A stretch of DNA of 64,000 bases from positions 1 through 64,000 of the IMG/VR virus record IMGVR_UViG_3300012352_000310. One strand, written 5' to 3'. Source of the stretch: a virus. Its lineage: Duplodnaviria > Heunggongvirae > Uroviricota > Caudoviricetes. How positions within the stretch are numbered: the first letter of the stretch is position 1; every line of letters starts with the position of its first letter. The position numbers and the translations under genes were made by a program. Shown here one piece after another: positions 1 through 6,519 of this stretch. Under the pieces are notes generated by a model. It was not told the origin of the DNA, made no database searches, and saw only the letters and a list, made by a program, of their open reading frames with translations.

Positions 1-52
1 CCGGAACTGGCAGATTAAAAGTCTGCTGTGATAACCATTTCACTATACTCCC
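1..52 (-). tRNA. tRNA 5' portion truncated by window edge (anticodon UUU, Lys-like)
   Basis: reverse complement gives acceptor, D-arm GTGA/TCAC, anticodon loop CUUUUAA; T-arm lies outside window. Confidence 0.35.
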
Positions 53-56
53 GTAG

Positions 57-133
57 TGGTCCCTCACCTCGGATTCGAACCGAGACCTCGATGATTAAGA
101 GTCATGTACGCTAACCGTTAACGCCAATGAGGG
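57..133 (-). tRNA. tRNA-Lys(CUU)-like
   Basis: rc cloverleaf: acceptor CCCTCAT/GTGAGGG, T-loop TTCGAAT, anticodon loop CUCUUAA, encoded CCA. Confidence 0.55.
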
Positions 134-597
134 AAGTTGTTCGTAATTACTTTTGTCTTTTACGTGCCAACCGGGACCAATACGGGATCCAAGTTGACAC
201 TAACGTTTACCACGTTTCATGTCAATCTCCATTTGAGTAAAATTAAAATAACAGGATAGCTTTTTTGCGTTTTTCAATTACAAGTTGAGTGCTTTTTAGT
301 TGCTGCAACTATCCTAGATGAGAACAGGATCCGCTTTCTTTTCAAGATATAGGTTGAAATTTTTAATTTGCGGTAAGGATCCTAAGAATTTAATTTGTAA
401 GTAGTTGCACCATCATTATAGCAACCATTCACCCGTGTAACAAGCTCGAGCGGGACTCGGTACGTCACTTGGGATTCATCCAGTCATGCAACCATTTTGC
501 CTTTAGTGGGATTCGAACCCATGACCTTCTACTGACCAGCACCTTCGAAGAATGCTGACCAGCGTGATTTCACTTGCTGACACTTACAAAACTTGAT

Positions 598-677
598 TGT
601 GTGTTGCAGGATTCGAACCTACATCCGGAGGTTTTACCCTCATGTAATGATGCCCTAAACATTTATACTAAACACAC
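598..677 (-). tRNA. aberrant tRNA-like element (perfect 7-bp acceptor + canonical T-arm, non-canonical central domain)
   Basis: acceptor GTGTGTT/AACACAC and GTAGG-TTCGAAT-CCTGC T-arm; no standard D/anticodon arms; no encoded CCA. Confidence 0.3.
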
Positions 678-683
678 AAAACT

Positions 684-759
684 TGGTGCGGGCTACAGGG
701 TTCGAACCTGCGACCTGAACGTTGGCAACGTTCCGCTCTACCAGCTGAGCTAAGCACGC
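684..759 (-). tRNA. tRNA-Gly(GCC)
   Basis: rc: D-arm GCTCAGCTGGTAGAGC, anticodon stem GAACG/CGTTC loop UUGCCAA, T-loop TTCGAAC, CCA encoded. Confidence 0.8.
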
Positions 760-766
760 ATTAAAT

Positions 767-841
767 TGGCGGCCTCAAGGGGTAACGATCCCCTTCTTTA
801 GCAGTGACAGTGCTACGTGCGTCCATGAACACTTTGAGGCC
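767..841 (-). tRNA. tRNA-Asp(GUC)
   Basis: rc: anticodon stem TAGCA/TGCTA loop CUGUCAC; acceptor GGCCTCA/TGAGGCC; CCA encoded. Confidence 0.75.
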
Positions 842-941
842 AAAATTTCTGAGTCGTACTTAATTACACGGCATATACGCCCGTCCGTGATGTTACGGTT
901 GCAAACTTACCTGCAGGACGCGATTGCAACTATCTTACATT

Positions 942-1016
942 TGGCGACTCGTGGGAGAATCGAACTCCCATCTACGGATAGACAATCCGCGATAATAGCC
1001 ATTATATGAACGAGCC
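942..1016 (-). tRNA. tRNA with GUC anticodon (second Asp-like copy, U37 unusual)
   Basis: rc: acceptor GGCTCGT/ACGAGTC, T-arm GGGAG..CTCCC, anticodon loop UUGUCUA. Confidence 0.5.
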
Positions 1017-1144
1017 ATGAATATGTGGCATTACGAACTTTAGCCGTACTTCTAACGCGAGTACCGAAAAGATCTACTGTGTGCAGACCCGAACAACACG
1101 CCTAGACCTTTTCTAGGATTGACAGCAACTGACGTTGCCGAACT

Positions 1145-1222
<78 letters not shown>

Positions 1223-1233
1223 AATAAGATAAA

Positions 1234-1319
1234 TGGTGGAGACGACTGGAGTCGAACCAGTAGTGCCATAAGGCGGCGGATTTACAGTCCACTGGGGTTA
1301 CCAATTTTCCTACATCTCC
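1234..1319 (-). tRNA. tRNA-Tyr(GUA), class II
   Basis: rc: anticodon stem GTGGA/TCCGC loop CUGUAAA, long variable arm, 86 nt, CCA encoded. Confidence 0.75.
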
Positions 1320-1327
1320 AAATTCTT

Positions 1328-1402
1328 TGGTAGCCAGTGGTGGTCTCGAACCACCGACCCACGCCTTATCAAGACGTTGCTCTACCCCTGAGCTAACTGG
1401 CC
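1328..1402 (-). tRNA. tRNA-Ile(GAU)
   Basis: rc: GCTCAGGGGTAGAGC D-arm, anticodon stem ACGTC/GGCGT loop UUGAUAA. Confidence 0.8.
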
Positions 1403-1408
1403 ATTTCT

Positions 1409-1501
1409 ACCATATTAAAACGCACTATCTACAGTTAAGACATGTGGGAAGTCTTCACTTGATAGTTCGTCACACCACCGACGCTTAAGCGTTTTAATAT
1501 G
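1409..1501 (-). ncRNA. structured spacer element (14-bp inverted repeat CCATATTAAAACGC/GCGTTTTAATATGG enclosing nested hairpins); possible small stable RNA
   Basis: perfect long-range inverted repeat with internal stems AAGAC/GTCTT and ACTATC/GATAGT, between two tRNAs. Confidence 0.3.
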
Positions 1502-1575
1502 GTACACCTAGAGGGAATCGAACCCTACGTTTCCGCCTTGAAAGGGCAGCGTCCTAACCGTTAGACGATAGGTGC
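1500..1575 (-). tRNA. tRNA-Glu(UUC)
   Basis: rc: D-arm GTCT..GGAC, anticodon stem CTGCC/GGCGG loop CUUUCAA, CCA encoded. Confidence 0.8.
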
Positions 1576-1576
1576 A

Positions 1577-1603
1577 AAGAAAAACTTTCGAATTTTTAAA
1601 GAG
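1577..1603. repeat. near-palindromic motif AAAGAAAAACTTTCGAATTTTTAAAGA (copy 1 of 2)
   Basis: same 27-nt element recurs at 5200-5226; each sits just upstream (minus-strand sense) of a tRNA sub-array and downstream of early promoters. Confidence 0.7.
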
Positions 1604-1629
1604 CTTTTGCTTTTCAGCAACTGAAGATG

Positions 1630-1661
1630 TATTATACACCATCAGCTAATTTATGTACAAC
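1630..1661 (-). promoter_or_regulatory. early sigma70-like promoter (consensus module) reading into tRNA sub-array 1
   Basis: plus ATTATAC..N..TGTACA = minus TTGTACA-N17-TGnTATAAT. Confidence 0.6.
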
Positions 1662-1666
1662 ACTTT

Positions 1667-1870
1667 TTACAGTGTATCGACTGTGCCCATCACGCCGCGA
1701 GTTCCACGACGAAAGTTGCTTACGCCTTGAGCCCAAGCAGTGTAGCGAGACTTATCAACTGAGAAAGTCTTTTCTAACTTCTTCGGCATGCGAGGAGCGC
1801 ACATCGTAACTTTGACACCATCAACGATGGTAACAACATCTGAGTACTTAGACTTACGTGCCATAATCAA
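1667..1870 (-). CDS. hypothetical small protein
   Basis: 67-aa ORF immediately downstream of consensus promoter 1897-1928 and conserved leader. Confidence 0.4.
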   Translation of the reverse strand: MIMARKSKYSDVVTIVDGVKVTMCAPRMPKKLEKTFSVDKSRYTAWAQGVSNFRRGTRGVMGTVDTL

Positions 1871-1896
1871 ACTCCTTGTTTATCAATCTATGGAGT

Positions 1897-1928
1897 AATT
1901 ATACAACACTTTTGATTATTTGTACACA
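1897..1928 (-). promoter_or_regulatory. early promoter module
   Basis: ATTATACAACACTTTTGATTATTTGTACA consensus. Confidence 0.6.
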
Positions 1929-1974
1929 GGTCTACGAAAAATTTTTCGTGTATCAGAAAGTGTACAGTTTTGAG

Positions 1975-2051
1975 TGGCGCGCCCGGAGGGATTCGAACCC
2001 CCGACATGCGGTGTAGAAGACCGCTGTTCTATCCAACTGAACTACAGGCGC
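1975..2051 (-). tRNA. tRNA-Arg(UCU)
   Basis: rc: GTTCAGTTGGATAGAAC D-arm, anticodon stem GCGGT/ACCGC loop CUUCUAC, CCA encoded. Confidence 0.8.
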
Positions 2052-2057
2052 ATATTC

Positions 2058-2297
2058 TTATCGTCTCTTAACCCAGCTATACTCTACACCATCTGGGCAC
2101 TTTCCATCTTTGATAGAATCAACTCCAGACTTTCCTATAGAGTTTGGATTTTCACTAACCATTGTCACAAAAGACATTCCTAACTTACGAAAGCCTTCTG
2201 CATAACGCAGCGCTTCGTCTAGAATTTCTAATTCATGACCATGAGAGACTCCAGTTACTGGATCAGTGTAGTACACTTTAAACATAAAAACTTTCAA
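2058..2297 (-). CDS. hypothetical protein embedded in tRNA array
   Basis: 79-aa minus ORF filling the gap between tRNA-Arg and tRNA-Leu. Confidence 0.3.
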   Translation of the reverse strand: MKVFMFKVYYTDPVTGVSHGHELEILDEALRYAEGFRKLGMSFVTMVSENPNSIGKSGVDSIKDGKCPDGVEYSWVKRR

Positions 2298-2299
2298 TT

Positions 2300-2384
2300 T
2301 GGTGCTCGAGGCCGGAATCGAACCGGCACGCCCGAAGGCGGCAGATTTTAAGTCTGCTGTGGCTACCGATTACACCACTCGAGC
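2300..2384 (-). tRNA. tRNA-Leu(UAA), class II
   Basis: rc: anticodon stem GCAGA/TCTGC loop CUUAAAA, variable arm GCCTTCGGGCGT, acceptor GCTCGAG, CCA. Confidence 0.8.
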
Positions 2385-2492
2385 ATAATAAATCAGGTTA
2401 CCGTGTTGCACCCTTTGTGCACGCTGCCGAGTTTTGGTGGCAATGTAAGGAATCGAACCTTAGAATTTGTTTGCTGAATGTAACCTATAACT

Positions 2493-2567
2493 TGGTGGTC
2501 GGTACTGGGATCGAACCAGTGACCTTCACAATGTCAATGTGATATTCTACCGCTGAAATAACCGACC
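2493..2567 (-). tRNA. tRNA-Val(GAC)
   Basis: rc: anticodon stem TCACA/TGTGA loop UUGACAU; acceptor GGTCGGT/ACCGACC. Confidence 0.65.
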
Positions 2568-2687
2568 ATATTGAAATACTCTCTCGACGTCAGGGGTCTT
2601 TTCATCGCGCTGGCTAAGCTGCTTCGTCATGTAGTCCCGGTTTGCCAACCGCTTAAGGCTAATGACCAATGATGAGAATACTTCAAT
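2567..2687 (-). ncRNA. structured spacer element (16-bp inverted repeat ATATTGAAATACTCTC/GAGAATACTTCAATAT); possible small stable RNA
   Basis: long-range perfect IR enclosing ~90 nt between two tRNAs; analogous to 1409-1501 element. Confidence 0.3.
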
Positions 2688-2688
2688 A

Positions 2689-2763
2689 TGGTACCTCGTG
2701 ACAGTTTCGAACTGCCGACCCTCTCCGTGTAAAGGAGACGCTCTACCACTGAGCTAACGAGGC
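2689..2763 (-). tRNA. tRNA-Val(UAC)
   Basis: rc: GCTCAGTGGTAGAGC D-arm, anticodon stem TCTCC/GGAGA loop UUUACAC. Confidence 0.8.
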
Positions 2764-2782
2764 ATAATGAAAACAGGATCGT

Positions 2783-2855
2783 TTTCTTGGACGGGATTTG
2801 AACCCGCTACAGTTTCCTTATGAGGGAAATGCTCTACCTATGAGCTACCATGATG
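2783..2855 (-). tRNA. tRNA-like with CAU anticodon, imperfect acceptor (possible pseudogene)
   Basis: rc: GCTCATAGGTAGAGC D-arm, TTTCC/GGAAA stem loop CUCAUAA, T-arm GCGGG..CCCGT; acceptor 5/7 pairs, no CCA. Confidence 0.4.
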
Positions 2856-2881
2856 GTTTTTGCTGAACCGATCCTAAAACT

Positions 2882-2956
2882 TGGGGAGTCGTACGAGAAT
2901 CGAACTCGTGATAGCGGAATCACAACCCGCGGTTTTGCCACTAAACTAACAACTCC
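2882..2956 (-). tRNA. tRNA-His(GUG)
   Basis: rc: anticodon loop UUGUGAU; extra G-1 pairing with C73 (His hallmark); CCA encoded. Confidence 0.85.
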
Positions 2957-2964
2957 ATAAAACT

Positions 2965-3048
2965 TGGTGCCCCAGGAGAGACTCGAACTCTCACGCCTTT
3001 CGGCACTGGCTTCTAAGACCAGCGTGTCTACCATTCCACCACCAGGGC
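2965..3048 (-). tRNA. tRNA-Leu(UAG), class II
   Basis: rc: anticodon stem CTGGT/GCCAG loop CUUAGAA, variable arm TGCCGAAAGGCGTG. Confidence 0.8.
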
Positions 3049-3091
3049 ATATGTGTTATTATACACAAATTCTTTATTTTTGTAAATCAAT

Positions 3092-3169
3092 TGGAAGCTA
3101 GGGTCGGATTTGAACCGACGGTTTTACGGATTTGCAATCCGTTGCATTGGGCCGCTCTGCCACCTAGCC
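3092..3169 (-). tRNA. tRNA-Cys(GCA)
   Basis: rc: anticodon stem ACGGA/TCCGT loop UUGCAAA; 3-bp D-stem. Confidence 0.75.
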
Positions 3170-3176
3170 ATAGAAT

Positions 3177-3253
3177 TGGTGCTCAGGGAGGGACTCGAAC
3201 CCTCAGGATCTTGATTTTGAGTCAAGCACGTCTACCAATTGCGTCACCTGAGC
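3177..3253 (-). tRNA. tRNA with CAA anticodon on a Trp-like class I body
   Basis: rc: D-loop CAATTGGTAGA and T-loop GTTCGAGTC as in bacterial tRNA-Trp; perfect anticodon stem CTTGA/TCAAG, loop CUCAAAA. Confidence 0.65.
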
Positions 3254-3255
3254 TT

Positions 3256-3346
3256 TGGCAGTGAGTGAGAGATTCGAACTCTCGTGCCGGCATAACCGAC
3301 CATCACCTTTCCAAGGTGCGCCAATAGGCCACTCTGGCAACTCACT
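3256..3346 (-). tRNA. tRNA-Ser(GGA), class II
   Basis: rc: anticodon loop UUGGAAA, long variable arm, 91 nt, CCA encoded. Confidence 0.75.
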
Positions 3347-3352
3347 ATATCT

Positions 3353-3428
3353 TGGTGCCGAAGACTGGATTTGAACCAGTGACACACGGATTTTCAATCC
3401 GCTGCTCTACCAACTGAGCTACATCGGC
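3353..3428 (-). tRNA. tRNA-Phe(GAA)
   Basis: rc: GCTCAGTTGGTAGAGC D-arm, anticodon stem GCGGA/TCCGT loop UUGAAAA. Confidence 0.8.
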
Positions 3429-3436
3429 ATAAATTC

Positions 3437-3526
3437 TGGCGGTGCGACTGAGACTCGAACTCAGAAACCGGCTTTCACCGATCGACGGATTAGCAATCCG
3501 CTCCAATACCATTATGGGACCGCACC
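3437..3526 (-). tRNA. tRNA-Ser(GCU), class II
   Basis: rc: anticodon stem GCGGA/TCCGT loop UUGCUAA, long variable arm. Confidence 0.8.
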
Positions 3527-3536
3527 ATTACTAAAC

Positions 3537-3628
3537 TGGTACCTCGGCCGAGAGTCGAACTCGGATGAACCAATTATCTGTTGCTTACGGGATATAAATC
3601 CGCCGTTTTACCATTAAACTACCGAGGT
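3537..3628 (-). tRNA. class II tRNA with ambiguous anticodon loop UUUAUAU (UAU?)
   Basis: perfect acceptor ACCTCGG/CCGAGGT and T-arm; anticodon stem GCGG/CCGT with A.C closing mismatch; 92 nt. Confidence 0.45.
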
Positions 3629-3649
3629 GTTAATGTAAACTAAAAATTT

Positions 3650-3724
3650 TGGTGGACCGACGGGGAATCGAACCCCGACCCGAGGCTTGCAAAGCCACTG
3701 TGCTCCCGTTATCACTATCAGCCC
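3650..3724 (-). tRNA. tRNA-Ala(UGC)
   Basis: rc: anticodon loop UUUGCAA; acceptor GGGCTGA/TCGGTCC with G3.U70 wobble (Ala identity). Confidence 0.75.
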
Positions 3725-3737
3725 AAAACTTAAAACT

Positions 3738-3815
3738 TGGTCTCCACGGTTGGACTCGAACCAACAGCCTCCTGACTCCAGATCAGGCCGTCTACCAGAT
3801 TGACATTACGCAGAG
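3738..3815 (-). tRNA. tRNA-Pro(UGG)
   Basis: rc: anticodon stem CCTGA/TCAGG loop UCUGGAG. Confidence 0.65.
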
Positions 3816-3823
3816 ATGAAACT

Positions 3824-3899
3824 TGGTGCCGCCCACTAGAATCGAACTAGTTCCTGTGGATTTTCAGTCCACCGTACACACCAGTTATACGAGAGCGGC
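3824..3899 (-). tRNA. tRNA with GAA anticodon (second Phe-like copy)
   Basis: rc: anticodon stem GTGGA/TCCAC loop CUGAAAA; acceptor GCCGCTC/GGGCGGC. Confidence 0.55.
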
Positions 3900-3907
3900 T
3901 ATAAAAT

Positions 3908-3986
3908 TGGCTCCGGATGTGGGGATCGAACCCACCTAACCATTGATTAACAGTCAAGCCCATGCACCTTGCTCGGGTTTTCCGGA
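3908..3986 (-). tRNA. tRNA-Asn(GUU)
   Basis: rc: anticodon loop CUGUUAA; D-stem CCCG/TGGG. Confidence 0.65.
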
Positions 3987-3996
3987 ATAGAAATTA

Positions 3997-4067
3997 GGCC
4001 CTCGTGGATGGATTTGAACCACCGACCACTGCGCGCTTGTTGCTCTCCCAGACTGAGCTACACGAGG
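3997..4067 (-). tRNA. tRNA-like with perfect acceptor and D-arm but collapsed anticodon arm (pseudogene?)
   Basis: acceptor CCTCGTG/CACGAGG, GCTC..GAGC D-arm, T-arm present; only 18 nt between D- and T-arms; CCA not encoded. Confidence 0.3.
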
Positions 4068-4074
4068 ATTGAAT

Positions 4075-4148
4075 TGGTGCCCCATGACAGAATCGAACTG
4101 CCGTAACCTGATTACAAAACAGGTGTAATACCATTATACTAATAGGGC
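4075..4148 (-). tRNA. tRNA-Thr(UGU)
   Basis: rc: anticodon loop UUUGUAA; acceptor GCCCTAT/ATGGGGC. Confidence 0.7.
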
Positions 4149-4153
4149 AAATT

Positions 4154-4227
4154 TGGTAGCCTGTAGAGGTTACGATCCTCTGTCGCTCGATTATCAGTCG
4201 AGTGCTCTACCATTGAGCTAACGGGCT
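4154..4227 (-). tRNA. tRNA-Ile(GAU), second copy
   Basis: rc: GCTCAATGGTAGAGC, anticodon stem CTCGA/TCGAG loop CUGAUAA. Confidence 0.7.
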
Positions 4228-4304
4228 ATTATAAAACAGGATGCTTTTTGTCGCTAGACAACCAAAAGTTTAGCTTTGAGTTTTGCTGTAGTCATCCTAA
4301 AACT

Positions 4305-4379
4305 TGGTATCGCATACGGGTAACGATCCCGTCTAGTCAGCTTGAAAGGCTGATGACCTCACCTGAAGTCGAATGCGAT
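4305..4379 (-). tRNA. tRNA-Glu(UUC), second copy
   Basis: rc: anticodon stem TCAGC/GCTGA loop CUUUCAA; acceptor ATCGCAT/ATGCGAT. Confidence 0.7.
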
Positions 4380-4673
4380 ATTGAAATTGGTGGAGATGGT
4401 GGGATTCGAACCGCACACAAGAACTTTTACAGAGTTAGAGCTATAGGGTTGCAGAACTTATCCTTGTCAGGATAATTTTTTTGCTATGCTATGCTACCAT
4501 TACATCACATCTCCAAAATCTTTCTAAAGCACATCTACCAGAATTGAACTGGTGACCGGAAGGCACTGCACATCCAGCTATGATCCACATAAGAGCCTAG
4601 CCTCAGCTCCGATATGCTTTAGAAAAATGACTGACAATTTATCTCATTGTACGCCATCAGTCAAGGCGATTCT

Positions 4674-4757
4674 TGGTGGAGTGAGTAGGGATCGAACCTA
4701 CCTGCCGTGAGGCCACCGGGTTACAGCCGGCTAGAACACCATTGTTCCATTCACTCC
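4674..4757 (-). tRNA. tRNA-Tyr(GUA), class II, second copy
   Basis: rc: anticodon stem GCCGG/CCGGT loop CUGUAAC, long variable arm. Confidence 0.65.
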
Positions 4758-4762
4758 ATGTT

Positions 4763-4854
4763 TGGCGGAGAGCAGAGGAGTCGAACCCCATCCCATTTCT
4801 GAGAACCTGGTTTTCAAGGCCAGTCGCAGGACCATCCCCGCTGCATTACTCTCC
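4763..4854 (-). tRNA. tRNA-Ser(UGA), class II
   Basis: rc: anticodon loop CUUGAAA, long variable arm, 92 nt. Confidence 0.7.
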
Positions 4855-4860
4855 ATGTCT

Positions 4861-4937
4861 TGGCGCGCCCCACAGGATTCGAACCTGCATACCCCAACTT
4901 CGTAGGATGGTACATTCTCCAGTTATGCTAAAGACGC
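4861..4937 (-). tRNA. tRNA-Arg(ACG)
   Basis: rc: anticodon stem CCATC/GTTGG loop CUACGAA; acceptor GCGTCTT/GGGGCGC with wobbles. Confidence 0.7.
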
Positions 4938-4947
4938 GTAAATTTGT

Positions 4948-5025
4948 TGGCAGAGGTAACTGGATTCGAACCAGTGATCACGATTTCAAAGACCGTTGCT
5001 TTAGGCCAGACTAAGCTATACCCCA
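4948..5025 (-). tRNA. tRNA-Gln(UUG)
   Basis: rc: D-arm GCTT..AAGC, anticodon stem ACGGT/ATCGT loop CUUUGAA. Confidence 0.65.
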
Positions 5026-5199
5026 ACAATATTAAAACAAACACCAGTCCCGAGGATTCGAACCTCTTTCTCTAGTAGTTTACCACGACGTTTACAGTCA
5101 GGCAAGTGTTTGCTTTAATATAGCCCCTAGCAAGCAGTGAACCAGTACAAAGACCAGCGCTTACTTGCTAGGTGCCATCAACTAGACTTTCGTCTAGTT

Positions 5200-5226
5200 A
5201 AGAAAAACTTTCGAATTTTTAAAGAT
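5200..5226. repeat. near-palindromic motif AAGAAAAACTTTCGAATTTTTAAAGAT (copy 2 of 2)
   Basis: matches 1577-1603; preceded by 8-bp hairpin AACTAGAC-TTTC-GTCTAGTT. Confidence 0.7.
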
Positions 5227-5252
5227 CAGTGGAAGTTTCCTTCCTAAGGAGC

Positions 5253-5284
5253 TATTATACAACAGCTACTAATTTTTGTACACA
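5253..5284 (-). promoter_or_regulatory. early promoter module (1 of 3 in tandem) reading into tRNA sub-array 2
   Basis: ATTATACAACAGCTACTAATTTTTGTACA. Confidence 0.6.
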
Positions 5285-5342
5285 GGTGGAGAAAAATAAA
5301 TTTCATCAACATCTGCGATCAGGTTGTTTCCTGATCAGAAGT

Positions 5343-5376
5343 TGTATTGTAACACAACTTCGATTTATTGTACATA
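5343..5376 (-). promoter_or_regulatory. early promoter module (2 of 3; -10 TACAAT variant)
   Basis: TGTATTGTAACACAACTTCGATTTATTGTACA. Confidence 0.5.
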
Positions 5377-5431
5377 GGCTTCGAAAAATTTTTTCTCTAC
5401 CTACTCAGCTTTGGTTTCCCTAACTGAAGAT

Positions 5432-5464
5432 GTATTGTACATCATCAGCGATTTATTGTACACA
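5432..5464 (-). promoter_or_regulatory. early promoter module (3 of 3; -10 TACAAT variant)
   Basis: GTATTGTACATCATCAGCGATTTATTGTACA. Confidence 0.5.
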
Positions 5465-5466
5465 CC

Positions 5467-5500
5467 TAAAGCAAAAGCCCCTAGATTTTCATCTTAGGGG
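5467..5500. terminator. bidirectional rho-independent terminator
   Basis: 8-bp GC-rich hairpin AGCCCCTA..TAGGGGCT flanked by T-runs on both strands. Confidence 0.6.
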
Positions 5501-5733
5501 CTTTTTGAATTCTTTTGGATTACTTACTTAAGCGTATCCACTTCCTTCTTCAAGCCCCTTACGATCCCACTCAGGTGAAAATACGCGGGCATATGCCTGG
5601 CAGCTAATATTGCCGTGCATTGTCGCTTTTCTCGAGGTGGATAAGAGTATTGAAGTCATGATAGTTTTCATTGTTGGTAAAGTATTTATATCACTCTACT
5701 GCTCTCGCAGCATCTTTTCGAACTTTTTTCGAA

Positions 5734-6066
5734 TTATTTTGTGTAGTCAATCTTGCGGATCAACTTGTCGCCCATCCAATAAGAAGTAGATTCATATCGA
5801 TCTGCTTTCAACGCAACGAGCATCTTATCGAACTCTTCTTTAGTGATCTCACGGCCGTCAAGGATCGTCTCACCAAGATAGCGTTGTGTCACTTCATCAA
5901 AGTAGTCTTCTCCTAGACCAGACTCGCGCATTGTTACTTCATCATATGCGTGATCAAGGCTCTCAGCTTCAATCACAAACTTATGACGAAACTGTACGAG
6001 TGTGTCAACAACAAATAGCGGCATATCAATATCCTTCCATGTCTTTATCCATTGTGCTAACACCAT
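5734..6066 (-). CDS. hypothetical protein
   Basis: 110-aa minus ORF. Confidence 0.5.
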   Translation of the reverse strand: MVLAQWIKTWKDIDMPLFVVDTLVQFRHKFVIEAESLDHAYDEVTMRESGLGEDYFDEVTQRYLGETILDGREITKEEFDKMLVALKADRYESTSYWMGDKLIRKIDYTK

Positions 6067-6126
6067 AGATCACTAAAGCGATTATGGTTAGCGCAACACC
6101 AATTAGAATTCCAGTTAGAGTACACA

Positions 6127-6519
6127 TTATCTTTTCACCAATCTTAAAATTTGAACATCACCACTTGGCACCATAAAACATCTTGCACGAATAGTTGTAA
6201 TACCACTCACAACATCTTTTTGTTGTGTGAACTCGATAGAACTAGACTTTAGAAGACCTTCAGCCAGATCTTGTGCTAGAAGCTTTTTAACTTCATCTTT
6301 TGGAAGAGTGCACAGGTACGGATCATCCATCTTAACTGAAGCCAAGAGCATCTGACCTTTGATGATATGGTCGTATGTAGGTGGAGCAGAAGCATCAGCT
6401 GCAAAGTCACTTGCGCTGAAACCATTGTAGCCCGCCGAGATAGGCATAATGCTAGCAAGCTTAGAATCATAAGCTTGCGCATAGATCTTCATTAAGTTGT
6501 CTAGTGAGTCTGGATCCAT
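6127..6519 (-). CDS. hypothetical protein
   Basis: 130-aa minus ORF ending where ligase gene starts. Confidence 0.5.
   Translation of the reverse strand: MDPDSLDNLMKIYAQAYDSKLASIMPISAGYNGFSASDFAADASAPPTYDHIIKGQMLLASVKMDDPYLCTLPKDEVKKLLAQDLAEGLLKSSSIEFTQQKDVVSGITTIRARCFMVPSGDVQILRLVKR

Noticed and set aside
1607-1650. T4 MotA-box-like TTTGCTTTT upstream of a TATTAT on the plus strand
   Set aside because: Would drive plus-strand transcription antisense to everything. More likely coincidental within the minus-strand promoter region.
1974-2183. 69-aa plus ORF
   Set aside because: Overlaps tRNA-Arg(UCU) 1975-2051 on the opposite strand. Spurious.
4455-4485. plus-strand intrinsic terminator (TATCC-TTGTCA-GGATA + T7)
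   Set aside because: Only a 5-bp stem and no plus-strand gene to terminate. Probably fortuitous or part of the degenerate tRNA-like element 4388-4463.
4742-5014. 90-aa plus ORF
   Set aside because: Spans three tRNA genes (Ser-UGA, Arg-ACG, Gln-UUG) in antisense. Spurious.
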